Positions 12,384 through 25,229 of a stretch of DNA of 37,706 nt are shown here, in pieces. Source of the stretch: Octopus bimaculoides (lineage: Eukaryota); NCBI RefSeq assembly GCF_001194135.2, contig NC_068990.1, positions 38,400,791 through 38,438,496 on the forward strand, given 5' to 3'. Both the position numbers and the translations under genes were made by a program. The notes beneath the pieces were generated by a model. That model made no database searches, had not been told where the DNA came from, and saw nothing but the letters and a program-made list of their open reading frames with translations. Numbering within the stretch: position 1 is the stretch's first letter; every line of letters begins with the position of its first letter.

Positions 12384-12592
12384 ACAATCAACAAATATTA
12401 CGGTATCAACAAATATTCGATTATTTTGCTCTGCAATAAGAAAATATGTTGTATTATCAACTCCTGGAAGTCCCTCTACTTCCCATGTACTCCCCACAGA
12501 TTGGCATATGACGTATTCTCGTTGCAAATTACCAGACATGGATATACCCTTCTTCAGTCCCGGTTTGAATGTCTTTGCTTCGCCAATGCTAG
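12384..12592 (+). CDS. Candidate 209-nt coding exon, product unidentified
   Basis: Acceptor TTGTTTGTTCCAG, donor AG/GTAGTC, open frame QSTNITVSTNIRLFCSAIRKYVVLSTPGSPSTSHVLPTDWHMTYSRCKLPDMDIPFFSPGLNVFASPML. Strand is ambiguous because an antisense frame is also open. Confidence 0.35.
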
Positions 12593-12879
12593 GTAGTCAA
12601 TGACACATTATCTTCTTTCCTGTGTCTTACTCACATCTCAAACGATCAATTTTTAAAGTACAATAACAGTAGGAAAGACAATAGACATATGATTTCAAAC
12701 ATATGAGACTTCACTGATAAATCACCAAATGAAGCGTGTAAACATGTCTCGTGACATTTCTAAAGTAACGGCTTCATTAAATCTTCTTTTTTGTATTCAA
12801 AGATGTGTGAGACAATATTTCTAAATTCAAATATACACGATTAGGAAATATATCAGAAGCACAATCGCTATTGACATTA

Positions 12880-13030
12880 CCATCATCATTATGTTTTACA
12901 TCACTGTCATCATAAGTACCAGCCACACTATCATTATCATCGTCACACTACCAACATTATCGTCATCCTCATCATCACCAGTACCACCAGCACCACCATT
13001 ACCACTCCTCCTTCTCCTCCACCATCATCA
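12880..13030. repeat. Degenerate (CAT/CAC)n trinucleotide tract
   Basis: Directly visible. Confidence 0.8.
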
Positions 13031-13264
13031 TATACTTCTAACATAATCTAAGCACATTGAGATTTTAGACGTTTGTAGAAATCGAATAAAGACAGGATGT
13101 TAGTTAAAACTATTGACAAGTTTGCAAGATTTCACTCCTCCTGTGCTTATTTCATATAACAGATGAATACAAATTTAAGTTGAAACCGGTACTTAAAGAA
13201 ATCTGCAAGAAGCAACGCGAAACAAATAAATCGTTCTACTATATTCACATATAGATATTGTGTC

Positions 13265-14015
13265 CCACCTGTGACTACTATTTACGGCTTTTAGACAATC
13301 CCTGAATCAGCTAGCCTATGATCAAATGTACTCTAGTCGTGACTGCTATAGTCTTAAATTTTACTGCTGTCGTCGATTGCGTTTAATCCGAGGATTGCAC
13401 TGATTCAGTCGTATTGTTGGCACTCCGTCGCTAACGACGTCGAGGGTTCCAGTTGATCCGATCAACGGAACAGCCTGCTCATGAAATTAACGTGCAAGTG
13501 GCTGAGCACTCCAAGGACACGTGTACCCTTGACGTAGTTCTCGGGGATATTCGGCGTGACACAGCGTGACAAGGCTGACCCTTTGAATTACAGGCACAAC
13601 AGAAACAGGAAGTAAGAGTGAGAGAAAGTTGTGGTGAAAGAATACAGCAGGGTTCGCTACCATCCCCTGCCGGAGCCTCGAGGAGCTTTAGGTGTCTTCG
13701 GTCAATAAACACTCACAACACCCGGTCTGGGAATCGAAACCGCGATCCTATGACCGCGAGTCCGCTGCCCTAACCACTGGGCCATTGCGCCTCCACACTG
13801 ATTCAGTAAGCCTATGATAAAAATTGTTCTATTCATGACTACAACAGAGTTTGCTTTTGCTGTTGTTGATTGTATTTAACCCCAGGTCTTCACTGATTAA
13901 ATAATTCAACGTTCAACCCTGTTCTAGTTATGACCGCTAATCAGTCTATATATTTGTTGTCCGCTCTGAATCAGCTGACCTATGATTAAATGTTCTGGCA
14001 GTGATTATTGTTCAG
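13265..14015 (+). repeat. Decayed tandem array of about four ~95-bp units, interrupted by a SINE
   Basis: Recurring CTGA(A/T)TCAG..(G/A)CCTATGAT(C/A/T)AAA..GTTCT(A/G)...(A/G)TGAC at about 13302, 13398/13798, 13891 (most diverged) and 13965, and TTGCTGTTGTTGATTG..TTTAA(C/T)CC at 13361 and 13857. Confidence 0.6.
13410..13795 (-). mobile_element. Intact tRNA-derived SINE with 12-bp target-site duplication
   Basis: A box TGGCCCAGTGG (13774-13784), B box GGTTTCGATTCC (13730-13741), 3' end GGAGTGCCAACAA; identical CACTGATTCAGT at 13398-13409 and 13796-13807. Confidence 0.92.
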
Positions 14016-15405
14016 TTTGTTTCGGCCAACTGTGAAACTATCTTCTGTCTATTGTTGTTAGGTCGCTCAATGTCACCATTGCTTGAACACCCATATCATC
14101 AAACGCGTTCCAGTTACGAACATCTCATTATCTATATGACTACAATGTATTCTCACACTTTTATGATAGTAGGGCGACTTAAGGGTACTTGGCTGCTATT
14201 TCTAGTCAAGCTAAAGATCATATAGAGAATCTCTTACTGATATGTTTTAAAATATAAATAACAATAACATGAAACTTAACCAATTCTGCATTAGCACCAC
14301 CAAAATACTATTTGCTAATGATATCCGCTAATTCAATAAGATTTATTACAAATCAAGTCGTTTACTTTGTGATGATTCTCTGCCTCTCTCTTTCTTTACT
14401 TCTCTCTTTCGTTCTCTTTTTTTCCGTTTTTTGTCCTATCCATGAGGTTTCTGATAAAAATAAGAGTAAAGAAATATGGCTCCTGTGACAGACCCAGTCC
14501 ACTGAGTCAGTGTTTTTATCATAGTGACATTTCAACATCAGCAAATTCTGCTATGTATTGATATCAATCTTTTCATCTGTGTCAGCTAATTGTTGGATTA
14601 TACTTCAATTTACCTCAATATGGTCCAGTATTTAAGTATTTCTTGCCATGTTGAGATATTCCTCTCCCTTCTATATCGCATTCCCACGCAGAAAAATTCT
14701 TTTACTTTCTCTTCACCTCACTATTGTATATCAATGTCTCCCTGTCCACTGATTTTCTATCTTACTCTCCAGTGTCCACTGCGTTCATTATGACTTTCAT
14801 CAATATTCTCTTCACGTTTTACTAAATTTCTTTTCATACAAGATTTCTCATTATTAATAATTATTTTAACGAAAAAATAATTGAATATGTAATACTCCAA
14901 TATGCTTCTATGTCTATCTATGACGATTTAAAGGTTTATGTATACTTACGTGTACATCGGATTGTCCCGCTATGTGTATGTAAGCACATACATACATATN
15001 NNNNNNNNNNNNNNNNNNNNNNNNNNNNNNNNNNNNNNNNNNNNNNNNNNNNNNNNNNNNNNNNNNNNNNNNNNNNNNNNNNNNNNNNNNNNNNNNNNNN
15101 NNNNNNNNNNNNNNNNNNNNNNNNNNNNNNNNNNNNNNNNNNNNNNNNNNNNNNNNNNNNNNNNNNNNNNNNNNNNNNNNNNNNNNNNNNNNNNNNNNNN
15201 NNNNNNNNNNNNNNNNNNNNNNNNNNNNNNNNNNNNNNNNNNNNNNNNNNNNNNNNNNNNNNNNNNNNNNNNNNNNNNNNNNNNNNNNNNNNNNNNNNNN
15301 NNNNNNNNNNNNNNNNNNNNNNNNNNNNNNNNNNNNNNNNNNNNNNNNNNNNNNNNNNNNNNNNNNNNNNNNNNNNNNNNNNNNNNNNNNNNNNNNNNNN
15401 NNNNN

Positions 15406-15463
<58 letters not shown>

Positions 15464-17081
15464 ATATATATATTCATATTATACATATGTATATGCATAC
15501 ATATACACATGCACGGGAAGGACACGGAGATAGTATCTGACTCGTATATCTTTGTCTCGAGAAAAACTAATGCAAAATGTCCACATAGGTTTAAATACAC
15601 ACACACATACACTAAACATACAGACTGACTCTCGCTTACACACTTTCGGTAAGATTGATTTGTAATATCCATTTATAATTGCATATAAACATATGCAACT
15701 ATATTTTACATGTCTGTGAAAAACACTGTTTAATCATATCGTTGATGGCCGGACAGGTTTAGAATTCGTCAAACAGGCGCTTATATATGTATGTGTGTGT
15801 ACATATNNNNNNNNNNTATATATATATAAATATATATACACGAACAAACATACACACACACTAACATACGGATAGATTGCTAAATAGATAAATAAATATA
15901 GACATATACATACGTTTGAGTGTGTGTGCGTGCACAGATACACACACGTATACAATATATATGCGTATATGCATGTGCCATTATGATCATGTGACAGTGT
16001 GTTTCATATATACTTGTATATGAATACGTATGCTTGTTACTTTCCGTTTCTTCGTGCAATTGTACATGGTCAAGCATCTAATCGTGTTTTTAATTAAAGG
16101 TTTCAATTGAAAAGACAAAATCTTAGATGGATTACCTGTACACTTGCGAAGACATTCATACGTACACACTCATTCAAACACTAATATATATATATATATA
16201 TANNNNNNNNNNNNNNNNNNNNNNNNNNNNNNNNNNNNNNNNNNNNNNNNNNNNNNNNNNNNNNNNNNNNNNNNNNNNNNNNNNNNNNNNNNNNNNNNNN
16301 NNNNNNNNNNNNNNNNNNNNNNNNNNNNNNNNNNNNNNNNNNNNNNNNNNNNNNNNNNNNNNNNNNNNNNNNNNNNNNNNNNNNNNNNNNNNNNNNNNNN
16401 NNNNNNNNNNNNNNNNNNNNNNNNNNNNNNNNNNNNNNNNNNNNNNNNNNNNNNNNNNNNNNNNNNNNNNNNNNNNNNNNNNNNNNNNNNNNNNNNNNNN
16501 NNNNNNNNNNNNNNNNNNNNNNNNNNNNNNNNNNNNNNNNNNNNNNNNNNNNNNNNNNNNNNNNNNNNNNNNNNNNNNNNNNNNNNNNNNNNNNNNNNNN
16601 NNNNNNNNNNNNNNNNNNNNNNNNNNNNNNNNNNNNNNNNNNNNNNNNNNNNNNNNNNNNNNNNNNNNNNNNNNNNNNNNNNNNNNNNNNNNNNNNNNNN
16701 NNNNNNNNNNNNNNNNNNNNNNNNNNNNNNNNNNNNNNNNNNNNNNNNNNNNNNNNNNNNNNNNNNNNNNNNNNNNNNNNNNNNNNNNNNNNNNNNNNNN
16801 NNNNNNNNNNNNNNNNNNNNNNNNNNNNNNNNNNNNNNNNNNNNNNNNNNNNNNNNNNNNNNNNNNNNNNNNNNNNNNNNNNNNNNNNNNNNNNNNNNNN
16901 NNNNNNNNNNNNNNNNNNNNNNNNNNNNNNNNNNNNNNNNNNNNNNNNNNNNNNNNNNNNNNNNNNNNNNNNNNNNNNNNNNNNNNNNNNNNNNNNNNNN
17001 NNNNNNNNNNNNNNNNNNNNNNNNNNNNNNNNNNNNNNNNNNNNNNNNNNNNNNNNNNNNNNTATATATATATATATATAC

Positions 17082-17131
<50 letters not shown>

Positions 17132-17789
17132 ATATATATACATACATACATATACACACATACATATATATGCATAAATATCAGCGAACGCATGCAAATA
17201 CACGCACATACATATGTAATACATATAAATGTGTATTTATACCTGTATGTGCATGTGTATGTAAGTATGCGTTAGTGTGCACTTCTTTCTCATTATTACA
17301 TCGCTATTCGAAATTCCAGACACAAAATGTTTATCTCTCTCCTTCTCAACCACTCTGTCTTTAACTTGTTACAGAACAATCAAACTTTTTACTATTGTAA
17401 ATGATAAAACTACAGTTGGAGATTTAGGCCTGAATAAATTTAGGCTGTACATATTTCCATCTTCAGTCCTTTATATTAATGAGCTGACATGTTATTCAAG
17501 AGTTCAATCTATGTGGTCCTGAGTTAGGATTGTAAAAAATTCTCATATCTATATGATTTTGACGGTGGCGCGTATGTGAGGCTGTGCTCGATTATGTATC
17601 TTTCTTTAACACTTTTAACCAGATATACCAGTGAATCAGATTATTCAAACAAAATTTGATGTACTTAGGCTTTGTCCCAGTCTATGTGTAATTTAATAGA
17701 ACCACTTGGAGTACACTCTAAGTCATGCTTCAGGACATAATAGCCCGCTAAAGTAGGCAGTTGTTGTTTGCCTAAATATAACCCAGTAC

Positions 17790-17980
17790 CTGAAGTTTGG
17801 CAGTTTTCGAGGATTGCATCCAACTAAAGAACCAAGCCTTTGATGGCTTATGGACTTCAAACCGGCATCTTGTGTTTACTCTGATGGAATATTTTCTACA
17901 TTGTACAAATACTACAGTACTCATGGTGGTGCTAGTGTGAATAATATTCGGGGTTTGTGAAGCGTCCCAATAGCCAAGAC
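17790..17980 (-). CDS. Candidate 191-nt exon (phase 1 to 0), product unidentified
   Basis: Acceptor TTGACCTGACAG, donor CAG/GTACTG, open frame GLGYWDASQTPNIIHTSTTMSTVVFVQCRKYSIRVNTRCRFEVHKPSKAWFFSWMQSSKTAKLQ inside ORF 17772..18083. Confidence 0.2.
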
Positions 17981-18786
17981 CTGTCAGGTCAATATTTTTG
18001 TGACCAATTTCTTGGTTGCTACAACTTTTATGTTCTTTTTTTTTCTTGTATGTAGAGAAACCATAACGGGCAGTAGTGTTCAAATATTATAATATCAGGA
18101 TATATGGAAAGATATACTGCTATCATGATGTCTGAATACTGAATTGATCAGCAAGAGACTGAACAGTAATGATTTAGGTGTCTGCGAAAAATGAAACTCG
18201 TACCTTGAACAGCAACTTAAACCAGACATATGTATGCGTACAAAAATGGAATCTTTTGTCATTCTTCATAAACAGAACAATTAAGGTCATAGTCCTTGTA
18301 ACTGCTTAACACTAATGCACATGTACTTCTCATTTCTCTGGCTAAGAAAAGACGGTATTATTTTAAGATTATATATCTAAACCATTTTGACACATACATA
18401 AGTATGTATTTATAAATTATTACACCACACCGCAGATAAATGCACAGGAAGCAAACTAGTGTAAGCATAATTCGTATGTTTTAGTTTATGTTTGATATAT
18501 AAATTACAATCTGTTAAAATTTCTTGTGGTGGGTCACGAAAAAAAGGATATTTTACTCCTCTGTTTGGTATATAAGAGCAATATTACTTATCTTGCAGGG
18601 TGAAAGGGTACTATAACAATGCTTTGTATTCACATCTGGTTAAAAACTTCAGTCACAAAAAAAAGCTGTGGTTTCACATCTTTAAAACCTTCTTAGATAT
18701 TTTTGTACAAAATCTTTGCACATGAATATTTTTGAATTCTATTACATTATGTCAAATATATATGTGCGTATATAAATATATAAATA

Positions 18787-18789
<3 letters not shown>

Positions 18790-18845
<56 letters not shown>
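18790..18845. repeat. (TCTA)n tetranucleotide microsatellite
   Basis: Directly visible. Confidence 0.95.
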
Positions 18846-20363
18846 ATATATATATGTATATATATATGTGCGTGTGTGTGTGTGTATGTATGTATGTATT
18901 ATGTATGTATTATGTATGTATGTATGTATGTATGCATATATATTCTATATATGTATGCACGAACACACAAATTTATACGAAGAGTTAATTTTCATATAAT
19001 AAAAAATAGTCTAAATTTAATCCCTAAGAAAAAAGAATGAAGAAACTGAGTATGGAGACTTAATGCTATGCATGCGATAAGGGTAGCTAAAAACCTTACA
19101 AGTGTGTGGGAGATGTACGGTATATAGAAACGGGTACAATAAAAATAAATAAATTGTAATAAATAATATGACGCTTGCAAATGAAGACGTCGGATTATGG
19201 AAATTAGGATTGGTTATCATGAGTAGTAGCGGTTAAATTGAAATAGACCACTTTCATCTGTCCTCCGTTTCAATTTAATTTTAACATATATGTTAAATAT
19301 GAAGGAAGGCACGAGCTTGTGAATGGAAAAAAAGTAGGAATTGGTAAGAGATGGGGGAGCAGTTTTAAATATATATCCATACAAATATACTTACATACAT
19401 ACATAAACACTCACACAAACACACGCAAACACACACATATATATATGTATAAATGAATATATGTTTGTATATATTACATATTATGCATACAGACATACTC
19501 ACATGCACTCATACACACACATATATATATATGTATGAACAGTGGTGAGAGTGATTAGGAGGTTGGCGGTGAAGTAGAAAATGAAACTAAAAAATAATCT
19601 TGAAACGAAATAAAAATATATAAAAAAAAACAAAGAATAAAAACATTACTATTTCAGGAAGGAAAAACAACTGACAAGGAAGAAAAGTGAATAGAATATA
19701 GAAATAAAAATGTCAATCAAATGATAAACCAATGAAAACAAATAAGTAATAAGAACAAATGCATTGAAAACACAACAACAGCTGCATTTGAAGACGTTGG
19801 CCTGTAGAAACTTGATGTGGGTAACATTGTAAAGAAAGTTTTTACAATTTTTATACATTGGTTATATATTTTCATCCCTTAAGTTGTGTATATGTATGTA
19901 TGTATGCATACATACATGCACGTATGTATGTCCGTATATAAGCACATGTATATGTATATATGTATATATCCATCTGTTTGTCTATCTATCAATATAGATA
20001 AATATATATATATATATATACATATATATNNNNNNNNNNNNNNNNNNNNNNNNNNNNNNNNNNNNNNNNNNNNNNNNNNNNNNNNNNNNNNNNNNNNNNN
20101 NNNNNNNNNNNNNNNNNNNNNNNNNNNNNNNNNNNNNNNNNNNNNNNNNNNNNNNNNNNNNNNNNNNNNNNNNNNNNNNNNNNNNNNNGCTACATAGGCG
20201 CATATATATATATATATGCGCCTATGTAGCTAGATAACCTCAAATATATGTATATATACGCATGTATATTTAATATACATAAGTATATACATATGCCCAC
20301 TCACACACAAACCACTGCGATTTTATGTTCACTGTTTTTTTCTCTTATATTATTGTTGTTGTC

Positions 20364-20483
<120 letters not shown>

Positions 20484-20600
20484 TTATTCATTTTCCGACC
20501 TTTTATCTAAATTGATAAATTCAATTTCACTGAGGATTACATAATGGACTGCAATATTTGAACGGCGTCTCAAGCAGAAATCAAAGTAGACAGAAAGGGT

Positions 20601-20637
<37 letters not shown>

Positions 20638-20970
20638 CAACAACAACAAATGCAGCATCAATAACAGCAACAACAGCAATCTCGCATACATTGAAATACA
20701 AATAATAATAATAACAGAGTTGCAAAATGCAACTTTACAAGAATTTTTTCTCGTAAGCATAAGTAGCAGACAGAAAGTAAAATGATTGCCGTGAAATTTT
20801 AGATTTACTTCCAATACATGTCAGATTTGCTGTTTTTCCTTGTTTTTTTTTTTTTTCTTTTTGCCTCTGAAATTCTCTGTCTGGTGGTGCCTTGACTACA
20901 CTTCGCTGTCCAGACTTTTTTATAACGTCACTCCTTTACCTTTCTACCACCGTCCATAATCTGCTTCTCT

Positions 20971-21121
20971 TTCTTCTTCTTCTTCTTCTTCTTCTTCTTC
21001 TTCTTCTTCTTCTTCTTCTTCTTCTTCTTCTTCTTCTTCTTCTTCTTCTTCTTCTTCTTCTTCTTCTTCTTCTTCTTCTTCTTCTTCTTCTTCTTCTTCA
21101 TGTTATTTATTATCATCATCA

Positions 21122-21170
<49 letters not shown>

Positions 21171-21195
21171 CATTGTTATTATTATCATTATTATT
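20971..21195. repeat. Compound microsatellite: (TTC)43 then (ATC/ATT)n
   Basis: Pure TTC run 20971-21099 (129 nt); source of poly-K and poly-L ORFs. Confidence 0.97.
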
Positions 21196-22344
21196 ATTTC
21201 TTTGCAACTTCATTTTCAATTTAAATATTTTCATTTTATGCATTTGCTTTATATACATACATACATAAATATATATATATATATATATATATANNNNNNN
21301 NNNNNNNNNNNNNNNNNNNNNNNNNNNNNNNNNNNNNNNNNNNNNNNNNNNNNNNNNNNNNNNNNNNNNNNNNNNNNNNNNNNNNNNNNNNNNNNNNNNN
21401 NNNNNNNNNNNNNNNNNNNNNNNNNNNNNNNNNNNNNNNNNNNNNNNNNNNNNNNNNNNNNNNNNNNNNNNNNNNNNNNNNNNNNNNNNNNNNNNNNNNN
21501 NNNNNNNNNNNNNNNNNNNNNNNNNNNNNNNNNNNNNNNNNNNNNNNNNNNNNNNNNNNNNNNNNNNNNNNNNNNNNNNNNNNNNNNNNNNNNNNNNNNN
21601 NNNNNNNNNNNNNNNNNNNNNNNTATACAGAGAGAGAGAGGGGGTAGATAGAGATAGATAGATAGATAGATGTCGATATAGATATACATAAATATATGTA
21701 AGTTTGTATGTATGTATTTATGCATGTATGTATATATGCGTATGCACATACAAACATAACATTTATTCTAATACTTTTTTAAATACCGTTTTCCGTCTTA
21801 TGGTGTAGAGCTGTGCTGGTGTTTTGATACCTTCAGAAATTGATATATTCTTCAAGTACGTGATTTTGGAGCTCCTGTCCTAATGCAGGAACCTTTTCAA
21901 TTGCTGCGACATAAACCTTTATGTGACGCAGGAATATAGAGGGACGATCAGAAAAACATTATACGACATATACCATCAAAATATATCGTTCTATATGTTA
22001 ATATTATGAATTTTGCAAATGAAGTAATGCTAGATTTCGCAAGAAGGCAAATAGTAATAGTTTCCAACAAGATATCACCAAATTATTTCCAGAAGGTACG
22101 TCCCAGCAACAAGTACTTCATTCATTGTTATCCAATTTGCGTTTCAACAAATATTACTTGAATGAGCGGTATGGATCTAAATTGGTATAAATAATTTCGC
22201 ATGAAAAAAGTAAAAGTACTTCATATTATAACAATTTGTTTCTTCCGCACCTCAGGGTGGAATTGAGTCAATAATCTGTTGTTGTTGATATTGTCTAGTG
22301 AATTTTTCTTAAGCTGATAATATGTATTTAACGTGAAACGCCAT

Positions 22345-22548
22345 AACGTGGCAGAATCGTTAGCACGCTGGGTAAAATACTTATCCGCATTTCATCTAAC
22401 TGAAGATAAAATTCCATCGAGGTCGAACTTGCCTGTCACCCTGTTGGTCTCGATAAAATAAATACCAGTTGAGTAGTGTGATCGATATATCCAGCTAGCC
22501 ACTTACTCCGAAATTGCTGGTCTTGTGCCAAAATTTGAAACGAATATT
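22345..22548 (+). mobile_element. tRNA-derived SINE copy
   Basis: TGGCAGAATCGTTAGC head, GAGGTCGAACTTGCCTGTCACCCTGTTGGTCTCGATAAAATAAATACCAGTTGAG body, GAAATTGCTGGTCTTGTGCCAAAATTTGAAAC tail; homologous to 2281-2395 and 36260-36414. Confidence 0.8.
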
Positions 22549-23209
22549 TCTTGAACGCAAAACATATTTCGAATTTAATATATGCAGTCTTCATCAAATT
22601 ATCATCCACGAATTTACCATTCAGATGCATACAAATTTTGGATGAATTCATTAGCAAGAAAATTAGAGGAATTAATAAAATATTAAGGAAAATTATATTT
22701 TGAATATATTCTATGTCGACTAAATGTTCAATAATATTCCAAATCTAAATTCTCTCAGAAAACTTAGGAAGGTTATCAAAGCTGATCAGCTGATGATATT
22801 CTGAATATGAAGTGATTTATGTTCAATTATTACGCAAATGCAAGCCTATGAACCATACAAAAGGCCACAATTTTTGCTGTGGGATGTTACATAGGCCCAA
22901 CGTTTTATCCACTTCTTAAAGCTATACGTACACAGCCTTAATTCATAAACTATACATCCATCCAAAATCGCATATGACATCACACACTCACATGCTCCCA
23001 CTGATCTTCTTTACAGCAAAATCACAACAACGAATTTAAATTATATAATTTTCACTCTATAACTGGAAAAGTAGAACATATCACATGCTAAATATCACAT
23101 ACTAAATTATAGCGTATAGCTTATAGCTTATAGCTTATAACTTATAGCTTATAGCTTCATTGGATACATTACCTAATTACCATTGGATACATTTCCTAAT
23201 AGTTACTAC

Positions 23210-23470
23210 AGCCTCCGAGGCAGGAACTTATCCGGAATTTCACTGCATTTCTCAGAGCACATGAGATCCCTCCAACGGGACGCACATGAGATCCCTGCAA
23301 CGTCCCAGAGTTACTCTCTAGATGTCACTGATACTCGTTTCAACTAAAGTTTAGTTGATTCCATGCAATAAATGCCTTAATGAAGGACACAACGCGTCAC
23401 TTTGTCCAAGAGTCGAACCAACGACCTCAGGATTCCGAGCTAAGACCCCAAACCGTGAAACCACGTCCTT
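23210..23470 (-). mobile_element. Decayed tRNA/CORE-type SINE
   Basis: Minus strand B-box GGTTCGACTC followed by GACGCGTTGTGTCCTTCATTAAGGCATTT (core-like). Confidence 0.55.
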
Positions 23471-23654
23471 TAACTATAAATACACGAAAGTGAAGTACTA
23501 ACTGAATTCGAACATTCTTTATGTACTTTAGTTTGGACAATGAATAATTAGTTCATACCTGATAGTAAATAACGAACAAATATATGAAAACAGTAGAAAA
23601 GAGGAATAATTATGAGAATGCGTGTGAGGGTATACCTACGCGCGCGTCTATATG

Positions 23655-23703
23655 TGGTAGTGGTGGTGGTGGTGGTGGTGGTAGTGGTGGTGGTGGTGGT
23701 GGG
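23655..23703. repeat. (GGT)n microsatellite
   Basis: Directly visible. Confidence 0.95.
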
Positions 23704-23954
23704 GAAATCCGGGCACAAAGTAGAGTCTACTTAATAATATAGAGTTGTGTTAATTTCCTACAGTCGGTATGTTATTGGTATTACTAAGTAATCTGCATTG
23801 AACAAATGGTTTATAATCGATATTACAACCCCAGCAATACAGACATTCAACAACCACATATTCACACACACAGACACCCATGCAAACACACACACACATA
23901 CCCACGCATCCATTCATATATATATGTGTGTATGCATATATGTATGTATCTCTG

Positions 23955-23964
23955 TTTCTGTCTC

Positions 23965-24056
<92 letters not shown>

Positions 24057-24058
24057 TA
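23955..24058. repeat. Compound (TC)n-(TA)n-(CA)n microsatellite (similar at 34896-35000 and 36475-36550)
   Basis: Directly visible. Confidence 0.95.
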
Positions 24059-24546
24059 CTTATAATTAGGTGTGTATATATGTACATAGGTGTACATTTG
24101 TTTATGTACTGTAAGTTCGTTTATGAAATCAAGAAATCAAGTTTCTTATCTAACTTTTACNNNNNNNNNNNNNNNNNNNNNNNNNNNNNNNNNNNNNNNN
24201 NNNNNNNNNNNNNNNNNNNNNNNNNNNNNNNNNNNNNNNNNNNNNNNNNNNNNNNNNNNNNNNNNNNNNNNNNNNNNNNNNNNNNNNNNNNNNNNNNNNN
24301 NNNNNNNNNNNNNNNNNNNNNNNNNNNNNNNNNNNNNNNNNNNNNNNNNNNNNNNNNNNNNNNNNNNNNNNNNNNNNNNNNNNNNNNNNNNNNNNNNNNN
24401 NNNNNNNNNNNNNNNNNNNNNNNAGACAAATGCATATATACTTAATATATATATATATATTAGGTATATAGGCATTTGTCTGTCGGTCTCTCTCACGCTC
24501 TCTCTCTCACTCTCTCTCTCTCTATATATATATATAAATAAATATA

Positions 24547-24619
<73 letters not shown>

Positions 24620-25106
24620 GCGCGCGCGCTCACCCATATATATATATACACATATGTGCGTCTGTGTGTCTGCGTATACACAGACGCATGTACATACACA
24701 AATATATATATATAAATTATGTTGTGTACAAAATTGATCTATTATAGTGCTACGGACACATAATGAACACACAGAATCCTCACATTTATGTTTTCTTGAG
24801 AATGTAAAACACTGTTTTGCACGCATACATGTATTTATCTATCATATACTCACTGTAATCTACACTTGTGTTGCGTATATACACTTTCACCCACATAAAC
24901 ATATATCGTAACATTGATACACACACACTCAATATCATATATTTATATACTCAAACATATGTTCATCCCTTAGGCATATATCACAACTGATATGTAGATA
25001 TAGTTGTATGAAAGAAGAACCATTAGTTTCCAGTTTGATAAATCTGTAATATTTCATTGCGAATGAACAATTTGTCTGCAGAGTTCTCAGATTTTGCCGT
25101 ACTTAC

Positions 25107-25229
25107 CAGTCGGCATCAACTTCCTGTTATATATCTTATTAGATTCTACTTCCTCTTTGAGCCAAAGTATATTTACCGATTGGACATATTGAGGCAACAC
25201 AACAGCACTCTTCAGTTGATCAAGCCACG
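25107..25229 (-). CDS. Candidate 123-nt exon (phase 1-1), product unidentified
   Basis: Perfect donor G/GTAAGT at 25106-25101; open frame WLDQLKSAVVLPQYVQSVNILWLKEEVESNKIYNRKLMPT; acceptor weak. Confidence 0.2.

Noticed and set aside
13715-13795. tRNA-like sequence
   Set aside because: It is the head of a SINE with body, tail and TSD, not a tRNA gene.
13265-14015. Repeat units with variable intervening sequence, superficially CRISPR-like
   Set aside because: Eukaryotic context, highly diverged ~95-bp units, no constant repeat-spacer pattern and no cas genes.
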